A stretch of DNA of 64,000 nt, from contig CM120643.1 of assembly GCA_051362555.1 (NCBI GenBank), forward strand, positions 5,084,001 through 5,148,000, read 5' to 3'. The stretch comes from Lingula anatina (lineage: Eukaryota; Animalia; Brachiopoda). A program made the position numbers and the translations under genes. Under the pieces are notes generated by a model. It saw only the letters and a list, made by a program, of their open reading frames with translations, did no database searches and had not been told where the DNA came from. Shown here piece by piece: positions 42,673 to 56,766 of this stretch. Numbering within the stretch: position 1 is the stretch's first letter; each line of letters starts with the position of its first letter.

Positions 42673-43585
42673 TTAGAGAGAGAGGGGGAGAGAGAGAGAG
42701 AGAGAGAGAGAAAGCTTGTTTGTGGGAGGGTGTGGTAAGAGAGATAGAGAATTTAGTATTAAAAAAGCTCAAAGAACTTCAAAATTGATTTTAAAAAACT
42801 AAACAATAATTTTATGCCAATTTTGAAAGTTGTATTATTTTTAGAATACAAAAACAGAAAAATTTGACATTTTGTTAAAACAAAGAAGTGTTCAGCTTAT
42901 CCAGTATTTTAAGAATAATAAAAAAATTATATAACACACACATGATCAGGTGAAAAATCTCTTTATATGTGTAATATTGTGCTATATATCATGCATACTC
43001 AGTTTTAGATATGCTCAAGGTGACAATAAAGGGTAAATGTGAACTGTTGAGATTTGGGTGGGGGTGGGAATGAGTTGTGCGCTTAGCAAAAATCTTGATA
43101 TAGACAAAATTTTATAGATACATTCTGATGCCTGTGTATTGTCTGTTGTGACATTGAATTAGTCTGTATGTATTCTGATCATCTGAACTCAACTCAACCT
43201 CACATCATCAGCACAGGTCAGTGCAACAACGATATTGGTACACTGGTGATTCTCTTCAATCCCATTTTGAACATTGCCGCTATATGTTTTACCTGCAAAA
43301 TTATCATTTTGGAAAAAGGTGAATTAGATCCCACTCAGTTTTATATATATTCAAGGTGACAAGGGTTAATGTAAACTGTTGGGGGGGGGGGGGGGGAGTT
43401 CACTAAGCAAAAATCTTTATATAGACAAAATTTCATGTATAACTGATGCTTGTTCATTGTCTGTTGTGACATTGAATGTGTCTGCTTGTATTCTGATCAC
43501 TGTCTATGTCTTTATTGTTCCTGTATGTGTTTATTATAATATAATAATATATTTTGATCACTGTGTTATGTCTGTGTTGTAACTA

Positions 43586-43649
<64 letters not shown>

Positions 43650-46600
43650 TTTTTTTTAAATGATGATTTATTATCTGTTTTCAGTAGAAATGAAGGTGTG
43701 TTTCCAGGATTATCATCACATTGAGGACAGTTGAATTCATCTGTTCACCATCTCCTTCTACAACCACACAGTATCAGGAAAGGTCAGTGCAACAACGATA
43801 TTGCTACACTGGTGATTCTATTCAATCCCATTGTGACCATCACCACTATATGTTGTAACTGGGAAATTATCATTTGTAAATGGGTCATTGAGATCCAAAT
43901 CAGTTTTTGATATGTTCAGGGTGACAAGGGTCAATGTTAACTGTTTGGAGTTGGGGGGGCGAGCGTTCGCTGGGCAAAACTCTTGATATAAACAAAATTT
44001 CATGTATACATCTTGATGACTTTGCATTGTCTGTTGATATATTGAATGTGTCTGTATGTATTCTGATCACTGTCTATCTCTTTATTGTCACTGTATGTGT
44101 TTATTATAATATAATAATATATTTTGATCACTGTGTTACACATTTTTTAAAAATGGCCCAATTCTTTTTCACCAAGTGGGCCAAAATGGCCCTACCAGAT
44201 TTTGACCCAGGTATAAAGATCCCTGTTATTCTCAGGAAAATCCAATTTATTTACTTTTTAAAACATAAAATCATAGAATGTTTCTAATATAAATTTTCAA
44301 AACAACACCAGAGGGCAAATTAAATCAAATCAACCAGTGGCTAAACACAGGCAGGCTTTGTCAATTTCACCAACTTGTTTATTTCAAACAGTGCACTTTT
44401 CGGACATGCACAGTCGTTTGAATCCTGTGCTATTGTGTGAACAATTTATTTCAATGAATTATAGAAATCAATTTCTTCATTTTCCTTTGGTTTGTTTCAT
44501 ATTTTCTATTTCAAGATATGATACTTTACTGCTTGGGGATGCTCTTCCCATTGCTGCATTTTACAATGTAGTGCTTGCTTTATCCACTTGGCGGCAGCAC
44601 CTTACAGTGAGGCTGAAGTCTTCATTAAGTCTCAATGATGTCTTGGTGTGTTTCTGACTCTGTGTGAATGTGTGTGTGTGTGTCTGTGTGTGTGTGTGAG
44701 AAAGAGAAAAAGTTTGTGTGTGTGTATGTGTGAGTTAGAGAGAGGGGGGGAGAGAGAGAGAGAGAAAGCTTGTTTGTGGGAGGGTGTGGTAAGAGAGATA
44801 GAGAATTTAGTATTAAAAAAGCTCAAAGAACTTCAAAATTGATTTTAAAAAACTAAACAATAATTTTATGCCAATTTTGAAAGTTGTATTATTTTTAGAA
44901 TACAAAAACAGAAAAATTTGACATTTTGTTAAAACAAAGAAGTGTTCAGCTTATCCAGTATTTTAAAAATAATAAAAAAATTATATAACACACACATGAT
45001 CAGGCGAAAAATCTCTTTATATATATATACTTTTTTTTTAAATGATGATTTATTATCTGTTTTCAGTAGAAATGAAGGTGTGTTTCCAGGATTATCATCA
45101 CACTGAGGACAGTTGAATTCATCTGTTCACCATCTCCTTCTACAACCACACAGTATCAGGAAAGGTCAGTGCAACAACGATATTGCTACACTGGTGATTC
45201 TATTCAATCCCATTGTGACCATCACCACTATATGTTGTAACTGGGAAATTATCATTTGTAAATGGGTCATTGAGATCCAAATCAGTTTTTGATATGTTCA
45301 GGGTGACAAGGGTCAATGTTAACTGTTTGGAGTTGTTGGGGCGAGCGTTCGCTGGGCAAAACTCTTGATATAAACAAAATTTCATGTATACATCTTGATG
45401 ACTTTGCATTGTCTGTTGATATATTGAATGTGTCTGTATGTATTCTGATCACTGTCTATCTCTTTATTGTCACTGTATGTGTTTATTATAATATAATAAT
45501 ATATTTTGATCACTGTGTTACACATTTTTTAAAAATGGCCCAATTCTTTTTCACCAAGTGGGCCAAAATGGCCCTACCAGATTTTGACCCAGGTATAAAG
45601 ATCCCTGTTATTCTCAGGAAAATCCAATTTATTTACTTTTTAAAACATAAAATCAATAGAATGTTTCTAATATAAATTTTCAAAACAACACCAGAGGGCA
45701 AATTAAATCAAATCAACCAGTGGCTAAACACAGGCAGGCTTTGTCAATTACACCAACTTGTTTATTTCAAACAGTGCACTTTTCGGACATGCGCAGTCGT
45801 TTGAATCCTGTGCTATTGTGTGAACAATTTATTTCTGTGTATTGTCTGTTGTGACATTGAATTAGTCTGTATGTATTCTGATCAGCTGAACTCAACTCAA
45901 CCTCACATCATCAGCACAGGTCAGTGCAACAACGATATTGGTACACTGGTGATTCTCTTCAATCCCATTTTGTACATTGCTTCTATATGTTTTACCTGCA
46001 AAATTATCATTTTGGAAAAAGGTGAATTAGATCCCACTCAGTTTTATATATATTCAAGGTGACAAGGGTTAATGTAAACTGTTGGGGGGGGGGGGGGGGA
46101 GTTCACTAAGCAAAAATCTTTATATAGACAAAATTTCATGTATAACTGATGCTTGTTCATTGTCTGTTGTGACATTGAATGTGTCTGCATGTATTCTGAT
46201 CACTGTCTATGTCTTTATTGTTGCTGTATGTGTTTATTATAATATAATAATATATCTTGATCACTGTGTTATGTCTGTGTTGTAACTACCATATATATAT
46301 ATATATAAATTTTTTTTTCATTGATGATTTATTATCTGTTTTTAATAGAAATGAAGGTGTGTTGCCTGGATTATCATCACACTGAGGACAGTTGAATTCA
46401 TCTGTTCACCGTCTCGTTCTACAACCACACAGTATCAGCAAAGGTCAGTGCAACAAAGATATTGCTACACTGGTGATTCTATTCAATCCCATTGTGACCA
46501 TCGCCACATTTGTAAATGGGTCATTGAGATCCAAATCAGTTTTTGATATGTTCAGGGTGACAAGGGTTAATGTTAACTGTTTGGAGTTGGGGGGCGAGCA

Positions 46601-47882
46601 TTCGTTGGGCAAAACTCTTGATATAAACAAAATTTCATGTATACATCTTGAAGACTTTGCATTGTCTGTTGAGACATTGAATGTGTCTGCATGTATTCTG
46701 ATCACTGTCTATCTCTTTATTGTTGCTGTATGTGTTTATTATAATATAATAATATATTTTGATCACTGTGTTATGTCTGTGTTGTAACTACCATATATAT
46801 ATATATATATTTTTTTTTTTTTAAATGATGATTTATTATCTGTTTTCAGTAGAAATGAAGGTGTGTTTCCAGGATTATCATCACACTGAGGACAGTTGAA
46901 TTCATCTGTTCACCATCTCCTTCTACAACCATACAGTATCAGGAAAGGTCAGTGCAACAAAGATATTGCTACACTGGTGATTCTATTCAATCCCATTGTG
47001 ACCATCACCACTATATGTTGTAACTGGGAAATTATCATTTGTAAATGGGTCATTGAGATCCAAATCAGTTTTTGATATGTTCAGGGTGACAAGGGTCAAT
47101 GTTAACTGTTTGGAGTTGTTGGGGCGAGCGTTCGCTGGGCAAAACTCTTGATATAAACAAAATTTCATGTATACATCTTGATGACTCTGGATTGTCTGTT
47201 GATATATTGAATGTGTCTGTATGTATTCTGATCACTGTCTATCTCTTTATTGTCACTGTATGTGTTTATTATAATATAATAATATATTTTGATCACTGTG
47301 TTACACATTTTTTAAAAATGGCCCAATTCTTTTTCACCAAGTGGGCCCAAATGGCCCTACCAGATTTTGACCCAGGTATAAAGATCCCTGTTATTCTCAG
47401 GAAAATCCAATTTATTTACTTTTTAAAACATAAAATCAATAGAATGTTTCTAATATAAATTTTCAAAACAACACCAGAGGGCAAATTAAATCAAATCAAC
47501 CAGTGGCTAAACACAGGCAGGCTTTGTCAATTTCACCAACTTGTTTATTTCAAACAGTGCACTTTTCGGACATGCGCAGTCGTTTGAATCCTGTGCTATT
47601 GTGTGTACAATTTATTTCAATGAATTATAGAAATCAATTTCTTCATTTTCCTTTGGTTTGTTTCATATTTTCTATTTCAAGATATGATACTTTACTGCTT
47701 GGGGATGCTCTTCCCATTGCTGCATTTTACAATGTAGTGCTTGCTTTATCCACTTGGCGGCAGCACCTTACAGTGAGGCTGAAGTCTTCATTAAGTCTCA
47801 ATGATGTCTTGGTGTGTTTCTGACTCTGTGTGAATGTGTGTGTGTGTGTGTGTGTCTGTGTGTGTGTGTGAGAAAGAGAAAA

Positions 47883-47913
<31 letters not shown>

Positions 47914-48248
47914 TTGTGTGTGTGTGAGTTAGAGAGAGAGGGGGAGAGAGAGAGAGAGAGAAAGCTTGTTTGTGGGAGGGTGTGGTAAGAGAGATAGAGA
48001 ATTTAGTATTAAAAAAGCTCAAAGAACTTCAAAATTGATTTTAAAAAACTAAACAATAATTTTATGCCAATTTTGAAAGTTGTATTATTTTTAGAATAAA
48101 AAAACAGAAAAATTTGACATTTTGTTAAAACAAAGAAGTGTTCAGCTTATCCAGTATTTTAAAAATAATAAAAAAATTATATAACACACACATGATCAGG
48201 CGAAAAATCTCTTTATATCTGTAATATTGTGCCATTATATCATGCATA

Positions 48249-50129
48249 CGGTAATGTGCCAAGCATTTCGACGGGCCCAGTCAATCCGACCACAAAAATT
48301 ATTTTATAAAATTAATTTTTCTGGACTCAAACAATTAGTCCATACGTCAAAATCATGGGACAGAATTTTTTTCTTGTTCCGATTGTTCGACCACATCGTC
48401 GACAAGACTCGGTATATTTTCAAGCCAGTGAAATAGATGCTGCATGCCTCGGCCCTTTGTCAATTGTTGTCCTTTCAATAGCTCTCGTCAATGAGGAAGA
48501 AACAATTAATTGAAGATCTAATCTGGAAGCATGACGTACCTGTCTTTTACTTTGTCCCCGATGACAATAATAGTGCTTATAGACATACAAATTTTGCTAT
48601 TAAGCAGACTTGCCCTCGCTGACTGATTCATCACGCCCGTAACTGGGGCGGGGGGGGGGGGGGGGGGGTAAAAAAAAGGTCTATTCTGGATGAAACCAAA
48701 TATCGACAGTGGGTAAAATACGTCGTAAATACGTCATATAGACCATATATCGCGTTTGCTAGCAATAAAAAGTTTGGGAAGAATAAGCAATTTATTTTCA
48801 AGTTCGATTGAAATATATATGCAGATGGGGAAACGTTCTTGAAGTCAACACAGCAAGATCTTACATTTACTACAATCGACCGAAAGATCAGCGGGATCGA
48901 CCGCCCAGACTTCTTGGCGCCAAATACCACGCGCTGTCAAAATCTGATGAACACGTGTCGCTGTTCACCTACATGGATAACTGATTTGTCAACAATAAAA
49001 ATGCCGTCTTCCTTAACTCCATGGGAGCTTCATAGAGAGTTCCACTGGGTATTTACGTTACCTGTGAGTCACTTTCTATTTCCCTAGATGCATGAAATGT
49101 TGATAATATTTAGCGTAATCCACGACGAACTCCATTCCTGTGACCCCTCCCCCAAAATGGGACCGTCTTCATTAACATGTGGTTTGCGCTATGCTGGAAC
49201 AGACCAGATAAAACCAGTCTCTCATTTCTGCATGTGCTCAATTCTCACGTCAAATTATAAATGCACCTGTTTTGTGAAAATTATGGCAAGTAAATGCTTT
49301 TTTTACGTTCGGGTTGTATCAGTGGGGTTTTCAATATGCACCGTGGTTTGTGCACAGCGAGAGTATATAAGTAAGAAAATCGGAAGAATGCCAGCAAAAT
49401 ACTGTATGTCTATCGGCACAGGTACGCTCCGTATTTTGCCTTTACTCAATATGTTTTTATATGACATGCTTTTTAAATAAAATACTTAATAGTAATTTGA
49501 AGTTACACTGATTTCCGTTTGAGTACCAGTTGGTATTCTTTGGTACGGGTGATTGAATTTTCTTCGGAAGTACGTACGTCTACGCCTCGACGCTGAGCAA
49601 GCCTTGCGGGTTGAAAACAACTGATCTCAGACTGGTAAAAAATATCAATTCGGTTGATTTCAGTTGTCATATTAAAATTCAAATAGGGCGTACGTAGATC
49701 ACATAACTAGTTAAAGTCCACTTAAGCTACCGGCCTTTGTTTACAACACCTGTCTCCGGGGAAATACTCGTCCAACTTGTGAAGCGCATCATGAAAGTGA
49801 TCGTAGGTGAGGCAAATGTATAATTAAAAATTATAATTGTCGTCTTTTTTAATGTTAAGTAATGTTAGCACATATTGTACACAGCAAAATAAGTTTTCAG
49901 GAGGATAAAACATGCCTGAAACACATGTTAGGCGAAAATTGCGGCTTATCTTGCGTAACACTTCCGGTAAAATGCAATACTTCCGGAAAGATGGACGTTT
50001 TGGCAGATGCCCCTAACAATCCGACGATATCAAAGGTTTCCATTTGCTGTATTTTAATCAATTCGACCAAACTGACATTTCCATGAAATTAATTAATTAA
50101 TCTTGGTCGAATTGTTTGGCATATTACCG
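48249..50129. mobile_element. TA-TSD non-autonomous DNA transposon (Tc1/mariner-pogo class), 1881 bp
   Basis: TA duplicated at 48247-48248 and 50130-50131 (empty site gcatactcag). 24-bp TIR CGGTAATGTGCCAAGCATTTCGAC / CGGTAATATGCCAAACAATTCGAC, with subterminal cgacc motifs. No transposase ORF. Confidence 0.85.
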
Positions 50130-51987
50130 TACTCAGTTTTAGATATACTCAAGGTGACAATAAAGGGTAAATGTGAACTGTTGAGATTTGGGTGGGGGTG
50201 GGAGGGAGTTGTGCGCTTAGCAAAAATCTTGATATAGACAAAATTTTATAGATACATTCTGATGCCTGTGTATTGTCTGTTGTGACATTGAATTAGTCTG
50301 TATGTATTCTGATCAGCTGAACTCAACTCAACCTCACATCATCAGCACAGGTCAGTGCAACAACGATATTGGTACACTGGTGATTCTCTTCAATCCCATT
50401 TTGTACATTGCTTCTATATGTTTTACCTGCAAAATTATCATTTTGGAAAAAGGTGAATTAGATCCCACTCAGTTTTATATATATTCAAGGTGACAAGGGT
50501 TAATGTAAACTGTTGGGGGGGGGGGGGGGAGTTCACTAAGCAAAAATCTTTATATAAACAAAATTTCATGTATAACTGATGCTTGTTCATTGTCTGTTGT
50601 GACATTGAATGTGTCTGCATGTATTCTGATCACTGTCTATGTCTTTATTGTTCCTGTATGTGTTTATTATAATATAATAATATATCTTGATCACTGTGTT
50701 ATGTCTGTGTTGTAACTACCATATATATATATATATGTATAATTTTTTTTTTTTCATTGATGATTTATTATCTGTTTTTAATAGAAATGAAGGTGTGTTG
50801 CCTGAATTATCATCACACTGAGGACAGTTGAATTCATCTGTTCACCGTCTCGTTCTACAACCACACAGTATCAGCAAAGGTCAGTGCAACAAAGATATTA
50901 CTACACTGGTGATTCTATTCAATCCCATTGTGACCATCGCCACTATATGTTGTAACTGGGAAATCATCATTCATAAATGGATCCCCAGATAGCAAGCATA
51001 CGTTGGGCCAACGTAGGGGAATCGTTGGTTTGTTGGCACATGGTTGGCGTTAGTAGTAATACGTTGGCCCAACGTTGGCCCAACCACATCATAATATGCA
51101 CAACATAACTGCAATATGCTCACGTTGGCCCAACGTTGGGCCAACGTGTGCATATTTGTTGCATACGTTGGCCTAACGTTGGGCCAACGTATCCAATTAA
51201 CAACTCAATAGAAATGAATAATGTTTCTGTTATAATAAAAATGTTTCTGTTCACAACTGAGAATCACATGTGCTTATCTATTGATCAGTAACATATAGTT
51301 TTTAGGATTAATTTTTTTTTTATTAAGAGTTTGTCAAATTCCTTGGGCCAAAAAACAGTGTTCTACTTTTATTTGTCTTCCAAGCTTTATATCTCTCATA
51401 TATATATATTTTTTTAATTTTGTCTTTTTTTCTGAATGGATATAGTATATAGTACATAGACTTCACCTATAAAAAAAATTACTGAGTGAACCGATTTATA
51501 TTTTTAAATAATGCTGTGAAACATATTTATTATTATTGAAATCAGACAAATGATTGAAATCTTATTATAATGTACAATTGCACAATATATAAATTTTTAA
51601 CTTTATAGTTAGCATCAATTGACTTTTGATTAAAGTACACTGGTAACTTTCACTGGACCAGATTCATTACAAGCCAGGTGTTTATCTTAACTGTCAGTTT
51701 GATATAAACAGTTTGCCTACTGCCTGCTCAAACAGGTCAAATAACTATACATAGCACAGTCTTAAGCGCCCTGACCGTTGAGCCAATTCAAAAATCTAAG
51801 CCAGAAGGTCAGAAATGTTCTAAGGAAGAGGCAAGAATTACGGCTGAAAGCATTGATTTCTGGATATAAAAAGAAGACATCTTTTTGGAAATTAGAAAAT
51901 GAAGAGATAAAGAGACAGGATAAGAAGTGAGCATGTACTGGTAAGTGACTTTTTAATTGTGTATTTTCCCATTATTTACTGATGCAC

Positions 51988-52450
51988 CAGTATCCATACA
52001 GCCTTGAAAAGTGTTCAAATTTAGTCCAGCACTTTGGACTAGTTTAAATGTAACTAGTTTAAATGGCTCTAGTTTAAATGTAACTTTGAAAAGTACTTGA
52101 AAAAGCTATTAGGCTTGAAAAAGGTTTGCATTTCAGCATTTTGTCTTTGTAAAAATATTATTTATAACTTTGTAGTTTATTGAGATGAATACAGACAATA
52201 ATTCACAGATGGGGGTAATACCTTTTAATACATCATTACTTGTACTTTTATTTTCAACTTTTCATCATCAATGTGTTACAAAGACAAAGTTTAAATGAAA
52301 TGGGTCCTTTTTCCTTTGGTATGTACACTTAAATATAACTGTATTAATGTATAACTTGCCCTCATTAGTTAAAATCATTGAAAACGATTTGAATTAGAGC
52401 CTTAAAAGTCCTTGGAAGCCAATCGTTCTTATGTGTCTGTATGAATCCTG
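51988..52450. mobile_element. Possible old MITE (small non-autonomous TIR element) nested in the EnSpm-like element
   Basis: Degenerate inverted ends cagtatccatacag (51988) and ctgtatgaatcctg (52437-52450), with repeated cttgaaaa motifs between them. No clear TSD. Confidence 0.35.
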
Positions 52451-53416
52451 GCCAGTAAATTCTGTGATAGAGTTTTTGGAATGATTAAATGATGTGGAAT
52501 TTAGTGGTACATTACAGTTGTCTAAAAACTGAATTCATGGTCAAGTGTACACGTAAGAACTAATTTAAATAAATCACTATAAATTACTGCACACAAGACA
52601 CACACTTTTAAAGTTAAGATATTGGCTTTTGCCTAACTTAGAAAAGGTGGGGAGATTATCATATAATACACACCTACTAGTACTAGTTTGTATATGAAAT
52701 ATGGGGGAAGAGGTACAGTCATGTTATGTACCATACCAATTCTAGCATTATATTTCAAGTGTTTTTAATATTTAAATTTGTAGGTGCAGCACACTCTTCT
52801 GTGACTGTTCAGAAAAAGATGTTGAAGATACACCTAACTAATCGTGCTTTGCCAAAGATCATGCAGGTGCAGGACAGGAAAGAGAGAAAAAAACACAAAG
52901 ATTGAACTCATATGACCACTGATTTGATTTTTAAAGAGACAATGTCTGAGATTTTGCCTGACGGAAGAGACTGTGATTTTATAGACTTGACATATAACTT
53001 ATGAAAGTTCCTATGAAAAGCATCTTACCTGACATTAACAAGGGTTTCAGGTTTAAAGTTTAATTTGATGAAAATATTTTTAAAAATTGAAATGGGGCAA
53101 AAAAGACTTTACTAGTAGAAAAATGCCTTGACTACAGGAATAAGGTGAAAAGTCATACGACTGTTAAAATTTTTTTGATGTGAATCATGTAACAATTGAT
53201 ATAAGACACACTTATTAATGTTTAAATTTAATATTATAATATCTTATAAAAATTTTCTTTGTTGTCTTTTTGTATTATACCCGGTATTTCAATTCACATA
53301 TCATTATTTAGTTGGTGTAATGTATTTGTTTTATGTAATGTTATGAATTAATTAAACAGTTCAAAATATATATCACTAATCTTTTTGTTTCAACGGGGAT
53401 ACATTGTTGGTTTGAG

Positions 53417-53680
53417 GTTGGGTAATTGTTGGACTGATGTTGGTTATTAGTAGAACCAACGTAATTGCACTGTTGGTTACAGGTTGGGTAATTGTTGGAC
53501 CAATGTTGGTTATTAGTTGGCCCAATGTAGGGCCAATGCAGTTTGGTTGGATAATCGTTGGACTGATGTTGGTTATTAGTAGGACCAACGTAAATACACT
53601 GTTGGTTACAGGTTGGGTAATTGTTGGACCAATGTTGGTTATTAGTTGGCCCAATGTAGGGCCAACGCAGTTTGGTTGGG
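53417..53680. repeat. 129-bp tandem duplication in the right subterminal region of the EnSpm-like element
   Basis: gttggactgatgttggttattagta occurs at 53428 and 53557; ORF 53376..53759 shows the matching 43-aa repetition. Confidence 0.9.
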
Positions 53681-56600
53681 AATACGTTGGCAATGCGTTG
53701 GCATTAAAAAGACGTTCAGCCAACCGTTGGCCAAAGTGAGCACTTAGATGGAAACCCAACGTTGGGCCAACGTTGCATGGTCAACCAAGGCAACGTTGGG
53801 CCAACGTTGGCCCAACGTATGCATGCTATCTGGGTCATTGAGATCCAAATCAGTTTTTGATATGTTCAGGGTGACAAGGGTTAATGTTAACTGTTTGGAG
53901 TTGGGAGGCGAGCATTCGTTGGGCAAAACTCTTGATATAAACAAAATTTCATGTATACATCTTGATGACTTTGCATTGTCTGTTGAGACATTGAATGTGT
54001 CTGCATGTATTCTGATCACTGTCTATCTCTTTATTGTTGCTGTATGTGTTTATTATAATATAATAATATATTTTGATCACTGTGTTATGTCTGTGTTGTA
54101 ACTACCATATATATCTACATATATATATACATATATATATACTTTTTATTAAATGATGATTTATTATCTGTTTTCAGTAGAAATGAAGGTGTGTTTCCAG
54201 GATTATCATCACACTGAGGACAGTTGAATTCATCTGTTCACCATCTCCTTCTACAACCACACAGTATCAGGAAAGGTCAGTGCAACAACGATATTGCTAC
54301 ACTGGTGATTCTATTCAATCCCATTGTGACCATCACCACTATATGTTGTAACTGGGAAATTATCATTTGTAAATGGGTCATTGAGATCCAAATCAGTTTT
54401 TGATATGTTCAGGGTGACAAGGGTTAATGTTAACTGTTTGGAGTTGGGGGGCGAGCATTCGTTGGGCAAAACTCTTGATATAAACAAAATTTCATGTATA
54501 CATCTTGATGACTTTGCATTGTCTGTTGAGACATTGAATGTGTCTGCATGTATTCTGATCACTGTCTATCTCTTTATTGTTGCTGTATGTGTTTATTATA
54601 ATATAATAATATATTTTGATCACTGTGTTATGTCTGTGTTGTAACTACCATATATATATATATATAAATTTTTTTTTTTTTTAAATGATGATTTATTATC
54701 TGTTTTCAGTAGAAATGAAGGTGTGTTTCCAGGATTATCATCACACTGAGGACAGTTGAATTCATCTGTTCACCATCTCCTTCTACAACCATACAGTATC
54801 AGGAAAGGTCAGTGCAACAACGATATTGCTACACTGGTGATTCTATTCAATCCCATTGTGACCATCACCACTATATGTTGTAACTGGGAAATTATCATTT
54901 GTAAATGGGTCATTGAGATCCAAATCAGTTTTTGATATGTTCAGGGTGACAAGGGTCAATGTTAACTGTTTGGAGTTGTTGGGGCGAGCGTTCGCTGGGC
55001 AAAACTCTTGATATAAACAAAATTTCATGTATACATCTTGATGACTCTGCATTGTCTGTTGATATATTGAATGTGTCTGTATGTATTCTGATCACTGTCT
55101 ATCTCTTTATTGTCACTGTATGTGTTTATTATAATATAATAATATATTTTGATCACTGTGTTACACATTTTTAAAAAATGGCCCAATTCTTTTTCACCAA
55201 GTGGGCCAAAATGGCCCTACCAGATTTTGACCCAGGTATAAAGATCCCTGTTATTCTCAGGAAAATCCAATTTATTTACTTTTTAAAACATAAAATCAAT
55301 AGAATGTTTCTAATATAAATTTTCAAAACAACACCAGAGGGCAAATTAAATCAAATCAACCAGTGGCTAAACACAGGCAGGCTTTGTCAATTTCACCAAC
55401 TTGTTTATTTCAAACAGTGCACTTTTCGGACATGCGCAGTCGTTTGAATCCTGTGCTATTGTGTGTACAATTTATTTCAATGAATTATAGAAATCAATTT
55501 CTTCATTTTCCTTTGGTTTGTTTCATATTTTCTATTTCAAGATATGATACTTTACTGCTTGGGGATGCTCTTCCCATTGCTGCATTTTACAATGTAGTGC
55601 TTGCTTTATCCACTTGGCGGCAGCACCTTACAGTGAGGCTGAAGTCTTCATTAAGTCTCAATGATGTCTTGGTGTGTTTCTGACTCTGTGTGAATGTGTG
55701 TGTGTGTGTGTGTGTGTGTGTCTGTGTGTGTGTGTGAGAAAGAGAAAAAGTTTGTGTGTGTGTGTGTGTGTTTGTGTGTGTGTGAGTTAGAGAGAGAGGG
55801 GGAGAGAGAGAGAGAGAGAGAGAAAGCTTGTTTGTGGGAGGGTGTGGTAAGAGAGATAGAGAATTTAGTATTAAAAAAGCTCAAAGAACTTCAAAATTGA
55901 TTTTAAAAAACTAAACAATAATTTTATGCCAATTTTGAAAGTTGTATTATTTTTAGAATAAAAAAACAGAAAAATTTGACATTTTGTTAAAACAAAGAAG
56001 TGTTCAGCTTATCCAGTATTTTAAAAATAATAAAAAAATTATATAACACACACATGATCAGGCAAAAAATCTCTTTATATCTGTAATATTGTGCCATTAT
56101 ATCATGCATACTCAGTTTTAGATATACTCAAGGTGATAATAAAGGGTAAATGTGAACTGTTGAGATTTGGGTGGGGGTGGGAATGAGTTGTGCGCTTAGC
56201 AAAAATCTTGATATAGACAAAATTTTATAGATACATTCTGATGCCTGTGTATTGTCTGTTGTGACATTGAATTAGTCTGTATGTATTCTGATCAGCTGAA
56301 CTCAACTCAACCTCACATCATCAGCACAGGTCAGTGCAACAACGATATTGGTACACTGGTGATTCTCTTCAATCCCATTTTGAACATTGCCGCTATATGT
56401 TTTACCTGCAAAATTATCATTTTGGAAAAAGGTGAATTAGATCCCACTCAGTTTTATATATATATATATTCAAGGTGACAAGGGTTAATGTAAACTGTTG
56501 GGGGGCAGGAATTCACTAAGCAAAAAACTTTATATAGACAAAATTTCATGTATAACTGATGCTTGTTCATTGTCTGTTGTGACATTGAATGTGTCTGCAT

Positions 56601-56698
56601 GTATTCTCATCACTGTCTATGTCTTTATTGTTCCTGTATGTGTTTATTATAATATAATAATATATTTTGATCACTGTGTTATGTCTGTGTTGTAACTA

Positions 56699-56766
<68 letters not shown>

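Larger units (their letters stand above)
50984..53834. mobile_element. EnSpm/CACTA (CMC)-like non-autonomous element, 2851 bp
   Basis: 2-bp TSD TC at 50982-50983 and 53835-53836 (empty site aatggatcattgag). CCCAG...CTGGG termini; 31-bp TIR CCCAGATAGCAWGCATACGTTGGGCCAACGT; many subterminal ccaacgttgg palindromes at both ends. Confidence 0.88.

Noticed and set aside
48631-49480. ORFs of 82-130 aa inside the TA-TSD element
   Set aside because: No transposase or other recognisable motif, and one runs through poly-G.
53376-53759. Repetitive 127-aa ORF (PTITQP/GPTLGQ)
   Set aside because: It is the translation of EnSpm subterminal repeats and is open on both strands.
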